A stretch of DNA of 64,000 bases from Candidatus Heimdallarchaeota archaeon. Its GTDB lineage: Archaea; Asgardarchaeota; Heimdallarchaeia; JABLTI01. Below are positions 59,910 through 64,000 of the stretch, piece by piece (within the stretch, counting starts at the first letter, position 1; each line of letters starts with the position of its first letter). The notes under the pieces were generated by a model, which ran no database searches, was not told the origin of the DNA, and saw only the letters and a list, made by a program, of their open reading frames with translations. The stretch lies in the NCBI GenBank assembly GCA_019058275.1, contig JAHLVW010000061.1, positions 38,004-102,003 of the forward strand, read 5' to 3'. The position numbers and the translations under genes are program-made.

Positions 59910-59999
59910 TTAATAATATAATTATACAAAAAAGGCAATACTTTTTATATTTATTGGTCACATGTTTGTGATAATAGAAGTCGAATATGTGATTGATCA

Positions 60000-60458
60000 A
60001 TGATTCTGGATGAAATAGATTACAAAATTCTTGGCATGCTGATTGAAGATGCTAGAACCCATGCTCAAGAAATAGCAAATGCTACAAACAAACATTTAAC
60101 AACAGTTACTAGAAGACTAAAAACGTTAGAGAAGGAAGGAATCATCAAGGGATATACTGCAGTAGTTGATTATGAAGCACTAGGTTTGGAACTAACTGTT
60201 ATTACTCAATTAACACTTTCTAGGGGTAAACTGTTTGAAGCGGAAGAGGAAATTGCTAAATTGCCTGGTGTATGTGCTGTCTATGATGTAACAGGAAGAA
60301 TAGATTCTATTGTCATTGCCAAATTCAAAAGCAAAAATGATGTCAGCGAATTCGCAAAAAAACTATTAGCTATGCCATTTGTAGATCGAACAGAGACTCA
60401 TGTAGTATTAAATGTTATAAAGGAAGATTTCCGATTACCAAATGAAATAGCTAAATAA
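60000..60458 (+). CDS. Lrp/AsnC family transcriptional regulator
   Basis: LDEIDYKIL..L..DAR, TV.RRLK.LE.EGIIKGY, VYDVTGRID. Confidence 0.95.
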   Translation: MILDEIDYKILGMLIEDARTHAQEIANATNKHLTTVTRRLKTLEKEGIIKGYTAVVDYEALGLELTVITQLTLSRGKLFEAEEEIAKLPGVCAVYDVTGRIDSIVIAKFKSKNDVSEFAKKLLAMPFVDRTETHVVLNVIKEDFRLPNEIAK

Positions 60459-60467
60459 TGATTCCAT

Positions 60468-61589
60468 TTAATGTTTTTTAAATGAGAATTTTTTGATTAT
60501 TCTTGCTGTACAAGCCATTAAACCTATAACCAAAATTATGATTAAGGAATTTGGCAAACTTGCTTCATCTGTAGATTCAATGATTTCATATTTTACAATT
60601 TTAAAACCATGTCCATGCAATGAAAGGTAGAGATAGTTATCAGATACATCAATTCCTACAACATCTTCAACTTCAAATTCACCTATTTTTTTAATATCAT
60701 CGACATTGGTGATATTTAATGCTATAATTCCTTTTACATCATCAGCAGCAAAAGCAAGATTATCTTTTACTTTAACATCAAATAGTGTGGAATTATACTT
60801 ACCAATTCTTGTTGGATTGGTAATATCATTGACGTCTAGTATATTGAAACCTCTACCATCTGCGAGGTAAACTAGATTATTATTAAATTGAAAATTAAAG
60901 CAGTAGTTCAAATCTTCAAAATGGCTTATTTCTGTTATACTCATAGGATTTGATACATTAAGTATTTTGAAACCTGATTGCAAGCATGCTGTATAGCATA
61001 TATCGTCTTCAACATAAAATCGAACGAACTCATTGTCACTATCTACATAATCAACGATGTTTGTTGGATTTGTTGGATCAGATACATCAATCAAGACCAT
61101 TTTCCAATCCCAAGTAGAGTCATGCCATTCAGCTGTATAAGCAACATTGTTATTGACAAAAACTCCATCAGTTTCTCCATCGCCAGTATCTGCTATTTGC
61201 CCAATTTTTTGGATATTATTTGGAACACTTATATTATATATTTCCAATCCATTATAATGATCAGCTAAGTACAATAGATCCTCATCAATGAAAAACTGAT
61301 GTGGTATTCCACCATCATAAAAAGAATCTAACAATATTGGATTTACTGGATCAGAGATGTCATAAATTTTCAATCCAGCATTCATATCCATTACAATAAC
61401 AAGATCACCAAGTACTTGGTTCATAAAAGTATCACCACCAGTTGATTCAATATGAGCAATTTCCTCAAAGGATACCTGATAACCAATACTAGAAACATTT
61501 GTTATCATCAGTGTAAAGTTTGAAAGAAAAAGAAGAATTGATAGTACGATAATTTTCAAAATAGCTTTCTGGTTTTTTATTTCAAGCAT
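60468..61589 (-). CDS. LVIVD-repeat beta-propeller surface protein
   Basis: GLKIYDISDP, GLEIYNIS, VLIDVSDP, GFKILNVSNP repeats; signal peptide; C-terminal TM plus basic tail. Confidence 0.9.
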   Translation of the reverse strand: MLEIKNQKAILKIIVLSILLFLSNFTLMITNVSSIGYQVSFEEIAHIESTGGDTFMNQVLGDLVIVMDMNAGLKIYDISDPVNPILLDSFYDGGIPHQFFIDEDLLYLADHYNGLEIYNISVPNNIQKIGQIADTGDGETDGVFVNNNVAYTAEWHDSTWDWKMVLIDVSDPTNPTNIVDYVDSDNEFVRFYVEDDICYTACLQSGFKILNVSNPMSITEISHFEDLNYCFNFQFNNNLVYLADGRGFNILDVNDITNPTRIGKYNSTLFDVKVKDNLAFAADDVKGIIALNITNVDDIKKIGEFEVEDVVGIDVSDNYLYLSLHGHGFKIVKYEIIESTDEASLPNSLIIILVIGLMACTARIIKKFSFKKH

Positions 61590-61740
61590 TTTCCCTAACC
61601 TTCTATCAAAATACTATAGATATAAACTAGGAATATTTAATGATTCTCATAAACATGAGAATAAGTTCTTATTATTCATGGTAACCAAAACCATTATAAA
61701 TGATTATATCGCTCGACAAGAATAAATACATGGGGTAAAA

Positions 61741-61960
61741 GCATGTCCAGAAAAATGAAGATTGCAAAGATTGGCTTTCTTAGTACGATCGATATTGCGC
61801 GCATGGAAGGCGCATGCTATCACTTGTGACAAGTGTAGCCATGCAAAGCATTGGATATAAGAGCTATAGCTGCTCATAGAATGCTTTAGGCAACATTTTG
61901 AACTTAGCATGTGCAATAAGCGCCTTCGTTTGGTGGACGAGAAGACCTCCTATTTTTAGG
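61741..61960 (+). other. GC-rich foldable leader with small uORFs upstream of an ABC exporter (possible cis-regulatory RNA)
   Basis: About 44% GC by hand count over 61741-61950; several mutually nested stems. Confidence 0.35.
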
Positions 61961-62102
61961 ATGATTTTTCTTCAACTTACTTAATGTGAGTGAAGTAAGA
62001 TCCTGCTAAAATTGTTTTCTTGTTTTTTATCCATTTATAAATTTGGCACTATAAGTCGCTTGATATTAAATTAATAATGAAATCAAAAGAAAAAAAATAG
62101 AG

Positions 62103-63203
62103 TTGAATAAAAAATTGATCGAAATAAAAGATGTTTCAAAAACATATGTGTCAGTAAAGAGAAGACTTCGGTTATTCCAGAAGGACTTTGAACTAAATGG
62201 TGACAAAGATGAAGAATCCACCATTTCAGAGACCTACGTAAAGAAAGGTCTCATCTTCAAAAAGAAGATTAAACACACTCATGCACTCAATAAAATTAAG
62301 CTTAGGATACGGCATGGAGAAATATTCGGTTTACTAGGACCGAATGGAGCAGGAAAAACAACATTAACAAAAATCATCTCAACCTTGGTTCTACCTGAAA
62401 GTGGAACAATTCTAGTAAACAATCATGATGTTAGTACGAATCCAACACCAGTAAGAACATCTCTTGGATTAGTTACAGGTGGAGAAAGATCACTCTATTG
62501 GAAAATGACTCCTCTTGAGAATTTAGTCTTCTTTGGAAGACTTTACCATTTAAGTAAAAAAGAAGCGGAAAAACGAGCTCTAGAGCTTATTGAGAAGTTT
62601 AAACTCAATGATAAGAAAGACGAACTAGTGCAAAACTTGAGCACTGGACAGAAGATGAAAGTAGCCTTCTGTCGAGCTCTTGTTCATGACCCACCGCTAT
62701 TGTTAATAGATGAAGCAGAGCGAGGATTAGATCCTCGTGCTAGTAAAGAATTTCGTAAATTCCTCAAGGAGGAATTACAAGAAAAACAAGGAAAAACAAT
62801 CTTACTTTGTACTCATAACATGGAAATCTTAGATGAGTTATGTGATCGAATTGCTTTGATAAACAAAGGATCCATCATTGCTCTAGGTACTCCAGAAAGA
62901 TTGAAACTAAGTATGAAACAGAAACATATACTCAATTTGCAATCGCATCAACATATTCCCAAAGACTTGTTTGATGGGCTTGAAAATGTTGGTTCAATCA
63001 GTTCAAAATGTGAAGATGAGTTTCACTTTACAGACATAGAAATTGAAAATGGAACAGAAATTGCTAATCAAGTACTACAACGAATCTACGATGCTAAGAT
63101 CAAAGTTGATGAATTCTCATTAAAAACTGCAACATTAGAAGATGTTTTTCTAAAATTAACAGGGAGGAAACTAGATGATGAAGCTGAAGGGCTGGATGGC
63201 TAA
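62103..63203 (+). CDS. ABC-2 type transporter ATP-binding protein
   Basis: GPNGAGKTT, LSTGQ signature, LLLIDE, LCTH, ATLEDVFLKLTG. Confidence 0.93.
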   Translation: MNKKLIEIKDVSKTYVSVKRRLRLFQKDFELNGDKDEESTISETYVKKGLIFKKKIKHTHALNKIKLRIRHGEIFGLLGPNGAGKTTLTKIISTLVLPESGTILVNNHDVSTNPTPVRTSLGLVTGGERSLYWKMTPLENLVFFGRLYHLSKKEAEKRALELIEKFKLNDKKDELVQNLSTGQKMKVAFCRALVHDPPLLLIDEAERGLDPRASKEFRKFLKEELQEKQGKTILLCTHNMEILDELCDRIALINKGSIIALGTPERLKLSMKQKHILNLQSHQHIPKDLFDGLENVGSISSKCEDEFHFTDIEIENGTEIANQVLQRIYDAKIKVDEFSLKTATLEDVFLKLTGRKLDDEAEGLDG

Positions 63204-63296
63204 AAGTCCACAAATTGGTGACCATAGAAGGTACGTAATATTGACGAACCCTCCGGTTGAGGGAATCAAAAGAAATAGAATGATAAGGTGTAAAAA

Positions 63297-64000
63297 TTGA
63301 CATCTACAGAAAAATCAGTTAAAATGCAACAATCAAAAATTACTACCGAAGTAAAAAACAAACCAATAGCATTAATTGACAATGAGACTACCGAAATCGA
63401 AGGAGCTGATGTTTCCAAAAAGACATCTAAATTTCAAGGATTAGTAATCAGAGGACTCATGAATGTAAAATATTCCATCAGCACAGCTTTACTAATTGCT
63501 AAAAAAGAAATCTTGATGATATTGCGCTATCCTTGGGAAATACTGTTTTGGACACTCATGCCATTGATGTGGTTAATTCCTTTCGTTTTCCAAGGCCAAG
63601 CACTAGTTGGCACTGAACTTCAAAGTGAAAATTTCGCACAATTAGCAGGAACTACAAATGTATTAGAATTCATATTCATTGGAGCGTTACTTTGGAATAT
63701 ACTTGACTCAGCAATTTGGGGTGCTGGAAATGCTCTCCGATGGGAACAACACAGCGGAACTTTACAATATCTCTGGTTAGCACCAATTTCGAGAATTAAC
63801 CTTATGATTGGTGCATCATTAGGAAGCACAGTTTGGGCATTGATTGAAATCATAGGACAATTTGCTGTTCTATCGATTTTCGTTAGTTGGCAAATTACAT
63901 TCCTTGATGCATTTATGACCTTAATAATATTAATACTAGTGATTATTGGTTTGTACGGTTTTAGCTTTGCATTTGCTGGAGTAATCTTAGTGTTCAAAGA
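63297..64000 (+). CDS. ABC-2 type permease (runs off the window end)
   Basis: AAGGTG SD and TTG at 63297; KKEILMILRYP, RWEQHSGTLQYLWLAPISR, TM helices; absent from the ORF track because there is no stop. Confidence 0.88.
   Translation, partial: MTSTEKSVKMQQSKITTEVKNKPIALIDNETTEIEGADVSKKTSKFQGLVIRGLMNVKYSISTALLIAKKEILMILRYPWEILFWTLMPLMWLIPFVFQGQALVGTELQSENFAQLAGTTNVLEFIFIGALLWNILDSAIWGAGNALRWEQHSGTLQYLWLAPISRINLMIGASLGSTVWALIEIIGQFAVLSIFVSWQITFLDAFMTLIILILVIIGLYGFSFAFAGVILVFK

Noticed and set aside
61795-61820. SRP RNA helix 8 resemblance (GCATGGAAGGCGCATGC)
   Set aside because: Lacks the conserved CAGG/AGCA internal loop and the long helix 5 expected of archaeal SRP RNA
61704-61916. 70-aa Cys/His-rich minus-strand ORF
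   Set aside because: No recognisable motif, and the AGGAGGT upstream is about 30 nt from the TTG; probably a by-product of the GC-rich leader, though not excluded
1-64000. CRISPR arrays, tRNA and rRNA genes
   Set aside because: No regularly spaced direct repeats, cloverleaf with a T-loop GTTCRA, or rRNA-like GC-rich tracts seen by eye

Overview
AT-rich (roughly 30% GC by eye) archaeal chromosomal window, most likely from an Asgard archaeon (Heimdallarchaeia-like). The basis is the archaea-specific gatE/gatD pair together with eukaryotic-signature-like proteins: a divergent actin-related protein, a membrane-anchored RING-finger protein and a possible longin/uDENN + gelsolin-like fusion. Core content is hdrA(L)-mvhD-hdrC-hdrB, citrate synthase, gatED, ferritin, tldD/tldE, glnA with a divergent Lrp regulator, two tandem PlsY-like genes, an orphan N6-adenine methyltransferase, ABC transporter parts and many accessory enzymes. 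I found no rRNA, tRNA, CRISPR array or transposase. The most unusual features are: (i) a diverged tandem duplication at 36.3-42.8 kb with a headless second methyltransferase TRD, in which a 24-nt piece missing from one gene reappears in frame inside the neighbouring gene; (ii) a broken ORF at 56.8-57.9 kb that reassembles into signal peptide + His/Cys protease-like module + Gly linker + hydrophobic tail, followed by a membrane protein (candidate toxin/immunity pair); (iii) a GC-rich, foldable leader with small uORFs before an ABC exporter; (iv) about 12 frameshift or nonsense lesions in 10 genes, including glnA, while the long core genes are intact. All family calls come from motif recognition by eye; no searches were run.
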